Below, one piece after another: positions 24,099 to 36,265 of a stretch of DNA of 64,000 nucleotides. The stretch is taken from NCBI GenBank assembly GCA_029717555.1, contig JAMDHS010000058.1, forward strand, positions 62,001 through 126,000. The letters are read 5' to 3'. Source of the DNA: Peribolospora baueri (lineage: Eukaryota). The notes beneath the pieces were generated by a model that was given only the letters and a program-made list of their open reading frames with translations, was not told the origin of the DNA and did not search any database. The stretch's first letter is position 1. Each line of letters opens with the position of its first letter. The translations under genes were made by a program, and so were the position numbers.

Positions 24099-25373
24099 CT
24101 ACGCGGTTATTTTGGAGGACAGGTACTCCTCCCACTCCTTCTTGCCAAAGCTGCTCGACACGGACGGGTCGAGGATGCCGTCGAAGACTTTTTGACGACA
24201 AGGGAAGGGGGCGGGAGCGGGAAATGGACCGGTGGCGGCGAGAAAGAGAACGCAAAGTCCCAGTCTGGTCAGCGAGAGGGTTGTGGTGAAAGGGCGAGGA
24301 AGAGGGTACTCACGGACGGAAGGAGTGACGTGCCAGCTCTGCGATCGCGCAAGCACAAGCGAGAAGACGGAGTCGAAGAGAAGGAAGGAAGATAAGACAA
24401 GCCAGAACGAGCCAGAAAGAAACACGAGCGCGCGCCCGTCGCAGCCCAGCCCCGTAGAAAACAGAGCTTACCTGCTGGCGTCCGAGCTTGACCTGTATGT
24501 AGATCGGGGAGGCACCAAAGCGACAACGTAACGAGGCGACATCGAGAGATCAAATCAGTACGAGTCCCTTCCGAAGAGGCGCGCACGGCAAACCAGCGGC
24601 GGAAGTCGCTCTACAGCTCGACCCTCCGTCCGAGTCGACACTCACGCAGTACTTGAGCTCGGGCACGACCTTGCTCCCCGTGTTCCCCTGGGCGCCCACC
24701 TGCGTCAGCTCAGCGATATCCTTCTTGCCCGCCTTCAATCCCGCCTTTCCCTTGCCATCGCCCACAGTCGCGTAGGTGAGATCGACGAGCTGCTGGCGGA
24801 TCTGATCAAGCGTGAGGTTCCTACTGGGAGCGTCGAACCACTTGGTCTGCTCCTTCATCAGCTCGAGGCTGACAGCGTAGAACGGGTTCGTGTCCGGGTC
24901 CGCGAGATCCGTCGCGGAGCGCTCCGTCGCCGCCAGCCTGGCGACGGCCAGCGCGGTCTCGTGCAAGAGCGGAGAGGTGGCGTGCCAGCTCTGCGGATAG
25001 GGCCTGATGATCACCTTGAGCTTGGACGCGTACGTGCCCTTAAGGAGGGGCTTGACGTGCGTGTCAAAGCCCAAAAGCAGCTTCGCTGAGAAGGGGCAGA
25101 GGTAATCGAGTACGAGCTTTTTTTTTTCAGGTAGACAAGGGAAGGGCAAAGCATAAGATAGCGCCAGATCAGTCCCTCGTTTCCCCTGTCGGCATCACCT
25201 CTGAGCCTGATCCGCCATCGGCAGCCTAACGCTGTCACGTCGCCGACAAGGCGCAAGCGTTCTTTGGCTACTGCCGATGAAGTCCCTATCAGGGACTGAC
25301 TACTGACCTCGAGCGTGTGAGGCGCGTCCGCCTTTCCAAGCCTGAGCGCAGCGAGATTGGGTGGGAGAGCCAT
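24099..25373 (-). CDS. Thioredoxin-fold DsbA-like protein with a CPFS (CxxS) site, 5 exons
   Basis: MALPPNLAALRLGKADAPHTLE|LVLDYLCPFSAKLL...RPYPQSWHATSPLLHETALAV...GSKVVPELKYC|VKLGRQQ|SWHVTPSV|LFDGILDPSVSSSFGKKEWEEYLSSKITA*; includes the cis-Pro 'TP' loop. Confidence 0.88.
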
Positions 25374-25859
25374 GTTCACGGTTTTCGTCAGTATGTGTGT
25401 GCAGGGGTTATGAAAGACACTCGATGGACGTCGCCAGCAAAGGTGGACACTTCGAGACAAGGTCGCGCGGGAGTTGACGTCGTCCCGGACGCTTACGTGA
25501 GGAAGGATCACTTGGATTGTCACATAGGGGTCGCTCCCGGAGCGCTCCTTATACACTCGTGAGGGGTCTAGCCCTCGAATGCGGAAGAGACAGAGAGGGG
25601 CGCAAGGGTCTGAGAATGAGGAATGCTCTAGGTCCCTCTACGAGGGGAGACGGACACGAGCAGAGATGACCGGACCAGTAGACTAGAATCCCACAATTCC
25701 GTCAGCGTAGCGGGAACAAACGATTCGCAAGATAAATCCTTTCAGGTGTTCACACTCCCGATCCCAGAGTCCGTTCTCAAAATTGAGCGGCGGCGGCGGA
25801 GATTACTTATTGTACGGTACAGTACGTCCTCTCCCAACCCGCACCCCGTCAGCCTCTTA

Positions 25860-27196
25860 TCACGTCTCTTTGTAAGGGTATTCAAATTTGTCTGTGTCCT
25901 TGCGTCGCCAGAGCTTCCGCCTGCGGTGCACAGACGAGGATGGGAATGTTACGGTAAGACCAACCAGCAACCCAAAGAGAAATCTGCATGGACGCCAGAA
26001 GGACGGACGGAACGCACTTCTTCTTCGTGGGAATGTGCTCAACGAACAGCTCAACACAGTGCTTCGCCTTGAACTCTCGAATGAAGCGAGGGTCCCTGGA
26101 CGGCGCATTTACGAAGGCGCCGATGAAACAGAAAAAATATGGATCGGGAAAAGCTAAATCAGCTCTGCTCATGCGTCCGCAAAATTTCAAGAGGGAGCGG
26201 AAGGGAAAACGGAGGCGAAAAGCGAACACTCACCACAGTTCGCTAGCGATGCCCAAGTCTTTACAGCATCGCATGAGCGCGTTGCTCTTGGCTCCCTCAG
26301 TGGCAGTTGCAATGCCAGAAGGATCAAAGTACTCCTGCTCTCCTCGAGCAGTCGACACGAACCTGACCGGGCAGGTCAAATGAAGTGAGAGAAAGTCGAA
26401 GTAGGGCAAGTCCAGGGCGAGTCTGTCACTCTCGACTCTGATCATCCCAAATGGTACAGCCGGCGCCTGATGAGAAGCACTCACCTTCCCAAGCAGACCA
26501 AGGCATACTCCCTGCTGACAATCTTCAGGCCAACGTTGGTTTCCCCTCGAGGTGCGAGTCCCCACCCACCCGGACCGAAGGCGCGGTTCAGGATCCGACG
26601 ATACTTAATTTCAGGGAGGTAGATGAGACCGTCTGATGTGCGAGCACGCAGATCAAAAAACGGAGGAAAGGGACATCAGTGGATATGGACAGAGCTAGAG
26701 AAACTAAAATTTCGGCTGAAAAGGGCGGAGGCTCACCAGGCTTGATCTCAATGTCCCTCGTCTCCACCGGCGCCAGGAGGATGTCCACGATCCTCTGCTC
26801 GAACGGAATAGTGCTCATGCCATAGAAGCTCGTCGCCCAATTGCCATCAACGGCACCGACACCATTTTTGGGAGGCGGAGCAGAAGGCAGAGGCACTGGG
26901 TCGACCGCCTGCGCTCGTGCTTCAGAAGGAAAACCAGAGGGAAGAGGATCGAGGTCCGAGTTGCCGGTCTGGGGGTGATTGTTCACCTGAGGGGACTGAC
27001 CGGGCGCTTGCGTTGTCGCAGAAAGTTTCGCACCTCCAGTCTGAGTGGAAGGCGAAAAACCATTGGGCTTCGATGAGGACGCGGAAGGCGGGGAGGTGGC
27101 GAAACGTTTTGGCGCCGTAGATAGGGACCGAGGCGCTGCTAGTTGCGGTAGGGAGCGCGTCAAAGGCGACAGGGCGCCCATGAAGCGGAATGCCAT
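25860..27196 (-). CDS. MGM101: Mitochondrial genome maintenance protein Mgm101 (Rad52-type single-strand annealing protein), 5 exons
   Basis: [13 protein letters not shown]...[38 protein letters not shown]...|[12 protein letters not shown]...[33 protein letters not shown]; presequence-like N-terminus. Confidence 0.96.
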
Positions 27197-27494
27197 GGCT
27201 GCTGAGGTCGACTCGGCGCAAATGCGTGTTACTCTTCGGCGAGATGCTGAGAAATATTGCGTCTGTGAGAAGAAGGTCGGCAGTGGAGAATACGTTGCCA
27301 CCCAGAACCAACGGCGTATAACGAAGAAGTCAGCTCTGAGAATCCCTAACCGGGTGCTGGTGATCATCGACGTATCGGAGAAGCGCGGGTGGGAGCGGTG
27401 GGAGCCGCATCGCCGCAGCTTTCTACGACGACCCTCTCAAGCTGCTTGCCCATCCAAAATTCGTCACGATTTCAGTTTATCGACCACCCAAGAA

Positions 27495-29639
27495 ATGGCC
27501 CCTCTAGCGTCATCTTCCGGCTCTACGAGCCACATAAAAAACAAGGCTAAGCGCGAAGAAATCCATAACAAGCGAAAGGCGGAAAAGGCCCAGGAGAAGC
27601 TGAAGAGGAGAGTCGAGAGAGCGGAGCGGGAGGCGAAGGATCCCGAGGCTAAGAAGGTGAGTGAGGGGTGAGATGAGCAGAGAGAGGCAGACCAAAAGCG
27701 TCGTTCAAAGAAGCGAGAGGAGGGAAGAAGAGAGTAGCAGGGCCAAAGTTACTTTGGATAGGCACACATCGACAGCCTTTCGGCTCGACCGGGTTAAGGC
27801 GGTATGGCAAGTCGACGGCCTCTTTGCTGACCCTGACTTGTGCTACCACTTTCTTTTCCATCAGGCACGGCTTGCTGCTAACGTTCCTCAGACGATTGAG
27901 AATACTCGTGAATACAACCCCTCTATCATCTCAGCGCCTAACACCCACGACGGACCCGGCCCCTCAGCGTCGGATCCCTCCACGTCATCTTCGACCTCCA
28001 TTCCCGCGCCTCCTCTCCCGCCCATCACCATCGCTCGCCCACCGCTTTCCTCTCCACACGAAGCACCTCGCCTGCTCATTACTACCGGACTACCCTCCTC
28101 TTCGCTTAGTCCTCATCTTGAAAGCCTGAATGCCAGGAGCCATCCGGCGAAGAGGACGAGGGACTTCATTGACGAGCTGCTAGCCGTCTTCCCTGGTGCT
28201 GAGTATCGGGACCGGGCGAAGGCAAAGGGGAGAGGCATAGGTGTAATTAGCGGATGGGCAAGGGATAGGGGATATGCGGCTATGGTGGTTGTGGGCGAGG
28301 ACAAGAAGGTGCCAGGTGAGCCCTGCTTTTTGTCGCCTTCGGCAGCATCTTGTAGGTGTATCGAGCTCGTTCTGACTCTCCGTCCCAAATTCATCACTGT
28401 CGGTCTTCAGTCTCATTGACCATTATCAATCTTCCCGAGGGTCCGACGTCTCACTTCCGTCTAACGTCCGTCGCTCTCGGAACGGAGATCGCCGTGAGTC
28501 TTGTTCGCCGGTTCAGGCTGGCGTTTTCGAAATTTTATGCTATGCGACCCTTCCGAGCTGATCAAAATGCTTCCCTTCGCTCTTTTGGCTTCTCTTTGTC
28601 AATTCGATCACACTCAACTCGATCAATCCAGGGACACGCAACATCAACGTCCCATACCCCGGAGCTTATCCTGAACAACTTCACCACAACCCTCGGCCAC
28701 ACCGTTGGCGGCGTCTTCCAAAGCCTCTTCCCTCCCATGCCTGAGTTTGTGGGTAGGCAGGCCGTCACGTTGCACGTTCAGCGGGATTTCATCTTCTTTC
28801 GACGACACCGGTGAGTGGTCGGATACTCTTTCGCTCTAATACCGTTCGGTCTACGTTTTCCACATGATCTGCCCGCCTCGCGCTGATGCCGTCCCTCCTC
28901 GCCTAAAAATAAACATGTGCAACGTAAGATACATGTTCAAGTCGCCGACAAAAACCGCCTTGCAAGAGATCGGCCCTCGTTTCACGCTCAAGCTGTGCTC
29001 GCTCAAGAAGGGCCTTCCGAAAGGCGCCGGCCCTGGTTCTGCGCCCGCGTCTACATCTGCGGGAGCTGACAATGGCGAACTGGGTCCTTCTGGTACTCAG
29101 GATGGGGAGCGAGCCGACTTGGATGTCGAGAATTTGGACAGAGAGGATCAAGGACACGCTGCTGAGGGCGGATATGGAACAGGAGAGCTGGACGACGAGG
29201 ACGACGGGGACGAAGAGCGAGCGGCCGAAGCGGAGGCGGAGGCTGAAGCAGCCGCGACCGTAGCCGCACAAGGAACGCCGTCCAAGGTGACGGCCGATGG
29301 CAGCGAACGAGGGAAAGCAAAAGCGAAGGGGAATAAAGCTGTGGAAAAGCGCAAGAGGGAGGAAGAGGAGGAGCAGGGGTATGAGTTCATTTGGAAGGTG
29401 AGTTGGCGCATGCACTCTACTCTTATATCGTTTGGCTTCGTTTTGTGCACTGAGATAGAGGTAGGAAGAGGCAAGGAAGGAAAGGCAGAACTCGCTCATT
29501 TTGTGAAATGACACAACTTCTGACGGCTGATTTTGCTCCTTCCTGTTCCTCACCCTTGTGATCTCCGGTCTCTCTTCGACCGCTTGTGTCTCACGCACAG
29601 CCTAAAATGGGCGTCTCCCGACGCAATTTTTACCTGTGA
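27495..29639 (+). CDS. RPF1: Brix-domain ribosome production factor 1 (60S biogenesis), multi-exon
   Basis: IKNKAKREEIHNKRK...|ARLAANVPQTIENTRE, LPEGPTSHFRLTSV, PELILNNFTTTLGHTVG, GRQAVTLHVQRDFIFFRRHR|YMF...LQEIGPRFTLKL (Brix sigma70-like motif), YEFIWK|PKMGVSRRNFYL*. Confidence 0.93.
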
Positions 29640-29837
29640 ACGCCTTTCTTTTCTCTCGCGTATCGAGTTATCCTTGCCGTACGATGGACGCGCTTCCCTG
29701 CATATCGCACTTGTTTCGTTCGTTGGCCTTTACAGCCTAGATAGCTAAGGTTTACATGGGTCACCAAAAAAATTTCTGCATCGGAATGTTACTGGTTTTA
29801 CCTGACTACGTCAAATCGCACGGGCGACGCCGAACGA

Positions 29838-31846
29838 TCAAGAGATGTACCGCCTCTCCCTCATCGCGTTCCAAACGCCCTCGAACACCTCGGCCGTTGG
29901 CTTGTCGTTCTCCGGGCCCCACCCGATAGCACGGGCGCGGCCGATGTCCTGTACAAAATCGTAAGGCAGCCCGATGATCCCATCCAAGAACCTGGACGGA
30001 TGGAGGCGAAGAAGAAAAAAAAAACCATCGATATGTCAGCAGGTTATGACGCGGGAGACGATCTACGAGGTGCCGTTCGAACAGGCTGCTTGATTGACCA
30101 ACCAGAAGGGGCTCTCCTCGAATAGATCGGGATGAGAGAGATTGTATTTCTTGACGAGCGAGTCCCACGCCTTTTTCGCTTCAGGCCTGTAAACGATCAG
30201 CAAGGGAGGAGGGCGAAGCCATCCGTCCATCGTTCGGGTCATCGTTCAGTCCCACGGAAATCCACCTCTTCCCTATGAGCTGACTTTCGACAAAGCCGCA
30301 AAAGATCCGAATAGAACCAGGCAGATCCGCCTGCCCGCTCACCTCTTCATCTCCTCTGCAACGCTGGGCTTCTTATGCTTCGGTGGCTTGTCACCCTCCC
30401 TGAGGCCAAAGTCTTTGCAGAAGCGGCCCCACGTCTCTTCAAACGACCATTCGTCGCCATTCGTAATGTTGAGCTGACGACGCAGAGTAAGAAAGGGCAC
30501 ACATGTGCGTTCGATCAGAATGTCAGTGTGAAGAATGAGAAGAACATAACCTTGTCTCACTCACTTTCTCTCCACCTTTGATGGTCTCAGGAGGCAGTAG
30601 CGACACAAAAGCTTGGAAGCGGGCGAGGATGTCCTGGGAAGCAGATGTGCGCTTGCTATGGCGCAAACAGGGCGGGAGATAGTCGAGGGGAAAGAGAACC
30701 AAGGTAGAGAACATGAAGATAAAACGTTGGCCAAGGTCAATGGACGCATGGCAAGCGAACAAGGACATCTTTCGCAAAGACCAGAAAACCGACCTGAGGT
30801 AACCAGACAACGGCCCAGGGAACTGGAGAGTGTCTGGAGACAAGCCGAGCTTTGCCTCTTCGCCCTTCACGGCGAGATCTGGGGAAGAGGAGATGAAGGA
30901 TGGAAATCCGGTCAACATATTGCCCGTGGAATACAGAGATGTTGTGACAGAAAACGTCAAATGACGTACAGATGCCGAGCGAGGAGGCGGCGTTCATGGC
31001 GTTGATGTTGCCGCCTGACGAGAGCGACAGGGTAGTGAATGACGAGGTAAGCTCATCAAAGGGCGACGAAAGTCGTTTCCTTGCCATCCTCTCCTTTTCT
31101 ATCTAAGCCACAAACGCTCACCGGGGACAAAGCCGAGAATAGCGTCCGGGACGACCTCGGCCCACCTCCAGCTCTTTCCGACGCTTAGCTCCCTGAGCTT
31201 CTCCACCTGGGGATAGTAGAAAACGGGTCCGGCGATGCCCGCCGGCACGGGGGGCAAGTCCTCACTGAGCCTGACGCCTTCGAGGCTGAACGGCTTACCG
31301 CCCCACTCCGGCACGGGTGTGCCCAGGACGGCGGCGCCGTAGGTCTTGCATCCGGTTTGGAGGACGATGAACTCGAGCCCGTCGCTACGAGGCGAGTTGG
31401 CGATGGCGAGCTCGACGGCCCCGACGGCGTTTTCAACAATCCGAACGTTGGCCTCCTTGTCGTACTCGTCTCCCTTTCCGCTGGCGACGTACGCGGCCAA
31501 GTAGACGTACTTGACTCCCTCCAGGATCTCGCGTCCGACCTGCTTGACGAGCGCCTCCGCGATGAGCGGCGCCGGCTGGAGGAGGTCGATGGACGCGTAA
31601 ATCTTGCGCCCCTTGCCCAACTCTGGGTCCTGGTCCTTGGCGTGCCTCGAAGTGGCAATGATGTACGGGAACTGGGAGGGAGTGGGGTAGTCCAGCAAGT
31701 TGCGCACCAGCGCCGAGCCGGTGATGCCTGATGAGGACGATATGATATGGGGGCAGACGAGCATCAGCGCGCGCACCTCTTTCGTCCAGGAGCACGGAGC
31801 ACTCACCGTTGGCACCAAAGACGATGGCGTTTCCGCTACGAGGCAT
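29838..31846 (-). CDS. NAD(P)-dependent SDR of the PRISE/progesterone-5-beta-reductase/SirQ-like type, multi-exon
   Basis: AIVFGAN|GITGSALV (Rossmann fold), VLQTGCKTYG, VFYYPQ, WAEVVPDAILGFVP|GGNINAMNAASSLGI, SQDILARF, LNITNGD and DIGRARAIGW...RERRYIS*. Confidence 0.87.
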
Positions 31847-32487
31847 GATGGCAATTTCTGTCGCAAGCCGAATTTGCCTGACTGCTAAAAAAAAAGGAAG
31901 ACCAAAAAGTACGTGGAGAGAGAAAGATGTGGAAGTTGATCAAGTTCCAAAGGTGGAAAAGAAGCGCTCGCAAGGTGGAAGGAGGTAGGGTGACGTTTGT
32001 GGAAATGGCTGTCATCATCGGAAGCTGATCGCGGAATTTGTAAGCATCGAACGACGCAGGTGGAGGTGCGTTGAGTAGGCGAGAGGGCGAGAGAGACGAC
32101 AACAACAACACTCGATGTTCGAGAGGTGCGCATACGGCGTAATGATACAAGATCCCGATCCCCTCCTATCCAAAAAATGGGGACATCGGTGAGAAAGAGA
32201 GAGAAAACAGGGCAAGCGGAGGGAGGTGAGCACGAGCGAGTAGAGGTGGATATGGATGAACGGATGGGATGGATGGAGACCTGGAACGGAACGCGCAAAA
32301 CCATTAAGAAAAAAAAGAAAAGTCGTCGACGTCGAAGAGGACGCTATAGCAGGAGAAAGCACAATGATGCCCAAATAGAAGGGTACGGGAGCGGAAAGCA
32401 AGAAGAGAAAAGAAACGTTGAAACGTGGGAGTCCGAAAAGACAACCACCTCCGTGTGTGGACTCGACGGCCATAGCCGACGACCACG

Positions 32488-35400
32488 TCAGATCTCGAGC
32501 GAGACATGGCCGATCTTGGTGGAGACCTTGGTCTCGCCAAACCAATCCCTCTTCTCCTCTTCACTGATCGCTGCCGGCCTGTTCCGACCGCCTCCCCTGC
32601 GCTGGAGGGAACGGAGGCGAAGAGAATCCAAAGTCGATGAGGCATCATCATCATCTCCGCCTTGCCCCTCCTCCCCACGCCAATACCAAGAATACCCAGT
32701 CGAAGCGCCGCCCGGCCTCCCTTTCCCTTTGCCGCCCTCCGTCTCCGTAACCAAAGTTTTCTTAGCCCCCTCGCCATCCTTCTCGCCCTCCTCCCCTTCC
32801 CCTTCCCACTCCCTCAACTTGTACTCCCTCCTTCCAAAGTTGCTACTCAGCCTGAATCGTCCCTCAAACATCTTCGCCATCTTGACGTTCACGCTCCCCT
32901 TGCTCGTCCTAGCCTCCGAGATGAGCGGCGTGAAGGGCGGCTGAGAGAGGTAGTCCAAGCTCAGGTCCGTCATCGATCCCGAGGCGTGAACGGTGACCGG
33001 GTGTCGCGTCCGCTCGTCCGTGGCCACACCGAGGGCGATCGGATCGTTCCAGGAGAACTTTGTACGGCCGAGTGTGGCAAGCACGGAGGCGAGCGAGGGA
33101 GATGCGGTGGAGGAAGAAGAGGCAACGTCGCCTCCCTCCCCGTCGGAATCAGGCTCTGGAAGAGGAGGTAGAGGTACAAAGTCGTTGACGACGCGCACTT
33201 TGGCGTCTACGGTGCCGACTCTAGCGTTGATGTCGAGGCTGTTGGACACGGAGAAAGTGCCGTTGATCCGGCCAGCGTCGACAGAGAAGGAGGCGTCGTG
33301 AGAGCGAAAAGCCTGACGACGCACAGCGTAGGAAAAATAAATCGTTAGGTCAGTACTTGAACCGAGCGGACGCACTCCTAAAAACGCGACTACCACGAGT
33401 GCGTATCACGAGTGCGAGAATCGCATCTCCGAAACCCCCCCCCCCCCGGCGACTCACGTTATCATCCATGACAATCTCACCCGCCGACACTCTCACATCC
33501 AACTGTCCGACCGCAATGTCATTCAACCGTCCTTTCTCAGCATCAGACGACGCCGACCCGGACGGCGATCCGGACTCCACCTCGCGCGCGTTCGCCTCCA
33601 AAAGCAAAACGCTCATGAGAGGCACGTCGAGCTCCAAACGGGGGAGTAGGAGAGATACGTTGGCGAGGTCGCGGTAAGGTCTGAAAGAGGACGGTAAGGA
33701 GGGAGATGAGGAAAGAGAAGATTGGGGGGACCACGACGAGGGGGAGGCGGCGAAGATGCCGGTGGGTGACGACAATGGCGAGCTGGGGGGCGAGTCGTCG
33801 TCGTCGGAAGCGGAAGAAGGCGGGAGACGGAGGACGATGTTGAACCAGAGCGGGAGATACTTTTCCCTCGTCGAGCGAGTCTGAAGAGAAAGGAGCGGTG
33901 AGCGTGGCCAAAGTTTGCCCATCAGCTCGACCGGCCGACTCCCAGAGCGACTAGAGACCGGTGATGGGAAAGGACAAGATGGAAAGAGGAACCGAGTTCG
34001 ACTCACATATACACCTACGCCCCAAGACCGCCCACCCTGCCCATCCATAGCACAGACGTTGACGTCTGCCAAAGCCTTGCGCCCTGCGTCGTGGTCCTCC
34101 CACATGGCCTCCACGTCCACTTGAACACGGTTCTGACCCGGCGGAGGGCGGTAACCTTTCTTTTCGCCTTCCTTGTCCTTGTCGTAGTCGCTGTGGTTAG
34201 GAGGTCGCGGGGATGGACGGGGCGTACCGGTGTCGTCTTCGTCCTCGCCAGTCGGAGTAGCCAACGGAGGTGGAGATGAGGGAGAGCGTGGAAAGGGTGA
34301 CTCTGTATGGTCGTCGGGATGGACGCCGAAAGCGCTGGACAAATCCGCGAGAGCGCCAGACAAGCGAATCCGCGAACGCCCGTCCCCTTTGGCCTGCTGC
34401 GACTGGAAAACGTCCAACCAAGCAGAGTACATGAGGTCTCGCATGAACGAGCGGGATGGAGGAGCGACGACGTAGTGCGACGACCCGCCTGCGGCCACGC
34501 CGGCGTCCTCAGAGGAGACGGAGGAGGACGCCGGAAGGGAAGGATTGTGAGCCGGCTCTTGCGTCCAGTCATACGGCAAGACGACGACGCGACCGACGGC
34601 GTATCCGCCAGAGGTGTGCACCCACACCTTGGGGCCCCGGCGTCCGTGGCTGCCGTTCATTCTGGCCAGATCCGCCGCGGCATCGACAGGGAGATAAAAG
34701 GTCGAAGTGGAGGACCAGAGCTGCTTCGTATCGGGATCGGAAGGAGTGTGGACGCCTTGGTCGCCAGGGGATTCGTGCCCGTCGTGAGGCTCAAAAGGAA
34801 TCTGGTCCCTCCTCCGTCGTCGTCGCATTCCCACCTCTTCGCTCCCCGGCCCCTCCTTCGCCCAAATCGCCTCCGTCCTCCCGCCCCTCATTCTCCCCCT
34901 CACACCCGCGTCCCCGGTCTCCGACTTCCACCCCTTAGGCGCAAGCGCGGTACCGACGGTGCCCGTCTCGTTCCACGACTTATCCACCTCGACGAGCGCC
35001 GGCTCGCTCCACATGTTGCACGCCAACGGGGTGCCCTCAGTGAAGGGCGGCAAGGGGGCGAAGGGGTTCGGGACGCGCTTACCGCCACGACCGGGTCCCA
35101 ATCGGCCTCCGAAGATCGGCGGCGGTCGGGCTGGACGAGGGCGGTGGCGAGGTCGCCCGTCCTCGCCGTCCTTTGCCTTTCGCAAGGGCGCGGTGACCTT
35201 CCACGTCACGAGGGCGATCCAAACGCCGGAGAGGACGACGGCGCACACGAAAGCGACGAAAAATCGCCTTTTTGCTGTCCACGACGCGGCTGCGCGACGT
35301 TTGCGAGCGGCGCGGATGGGGTGACTGCCGGAGGGGGAGGTCGAGGAGAGGAGGGGAACGTAGGATGCTTCCACGTCCGAGAGGGCGTCCGTGATCGCCG

Positions 35401-36265
35401 AGGTGACTGAGGCGCCATCGTCGGAGGAGACGGAGCTGCGTCGGGGGCGCGATGACAGCGCACCTAACGCCGGCCCCTCTTGCACATCCCTCGGGTCGTC
35501 ATTTCCTCCTTCTTCCGCCGTCTCATCCTGCGCCGCATCCACGCCGTCGTCGTCGACGGATCCTTCCGTGCCGGCGGCCCTTCGCAACCGTCTAGCCTGC
35601 TCCTGAGCATCGAACACAGGTGGCGTCCTAGATCTCGGTTGAGGGACAACGGTAACCGGAGCCTGAGCGGCGGCGACGGCGAGCGCAGGGGAGGAGTGGC
35701 CGGGAGGACCAGGGTAAGCGGGCGCGGGACCGAAGGGGTGAGAAGTGTCAGCCGATTCCGGAGGACGATAGAGCGGTTGGTCTTCCGTGAGGCCGAGATT
35801 TCGTTGGTAGTACTGGATCTCCGCTTGAATGATATCTTCCGGGTTGAGAGGGGGGAGTAAGGCGAGGGAGAGTGGATGGCGAGACGACGCGGCGGTGACA
35901 TCGGAAGAGGTGGAAGGTCCGGCGCTATCGGACGAGGTGGATACGCCGGAGGACAAGGCCAGAGAGGGCGTGGAGAGGGAATTGGAAGGGGAGTGAGAGG
36001 CATTGAAGGAGGCGCCGTCCGAGGGCAGCTGCGCCTGCAACGCGGCTCGAGTCTGTATCGTTAAAAGGGATGGGCGGGTCAGGGATAAATGCCAGGTTAA
36101 ATAAAAGACCAAGTAAGACAGGAAGCGTGCGGTTGAAAGGCAGATACGATCTAGAGAGCACCACAATGACGATATAGAGAGACGCGCTGGAGATGGAGAC
36201 GAGACCGGTCGCACCAAACTCACTCTGGCCTCCTCCTCCTCCCTCAAGATGTCCTTGTCAATCAT
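32488..36265 (-). CDS. Large uncharacterised single-pass (type II) membrane protein with a C-terminal beta-rich adhesin-like region, about 4 exons
   Basis: MIDKDILREEEEAR|TRAALQAQL...; disordered N-terminus; basic stretch, then TM segment RRFFVAFVCAVVLSGVWIALVTW; luminal segments NVCAMDGQGGRSWGVGVY, SFSVDAGRINGTFSVSNSLDINARVGTVDAKVRV and SEARTSKGSVNVKMAKMFEGRFRLSS. Confidence 0.75.

Noticed and set aside
31885..32944. ORFs 32126-32944 (+) and 32015-32545 (-)
   Set aside because: They reflect purine/pyrimidine-skewed UTR and promoter sequence plus the antisense of the neighbouring gene's last exon.
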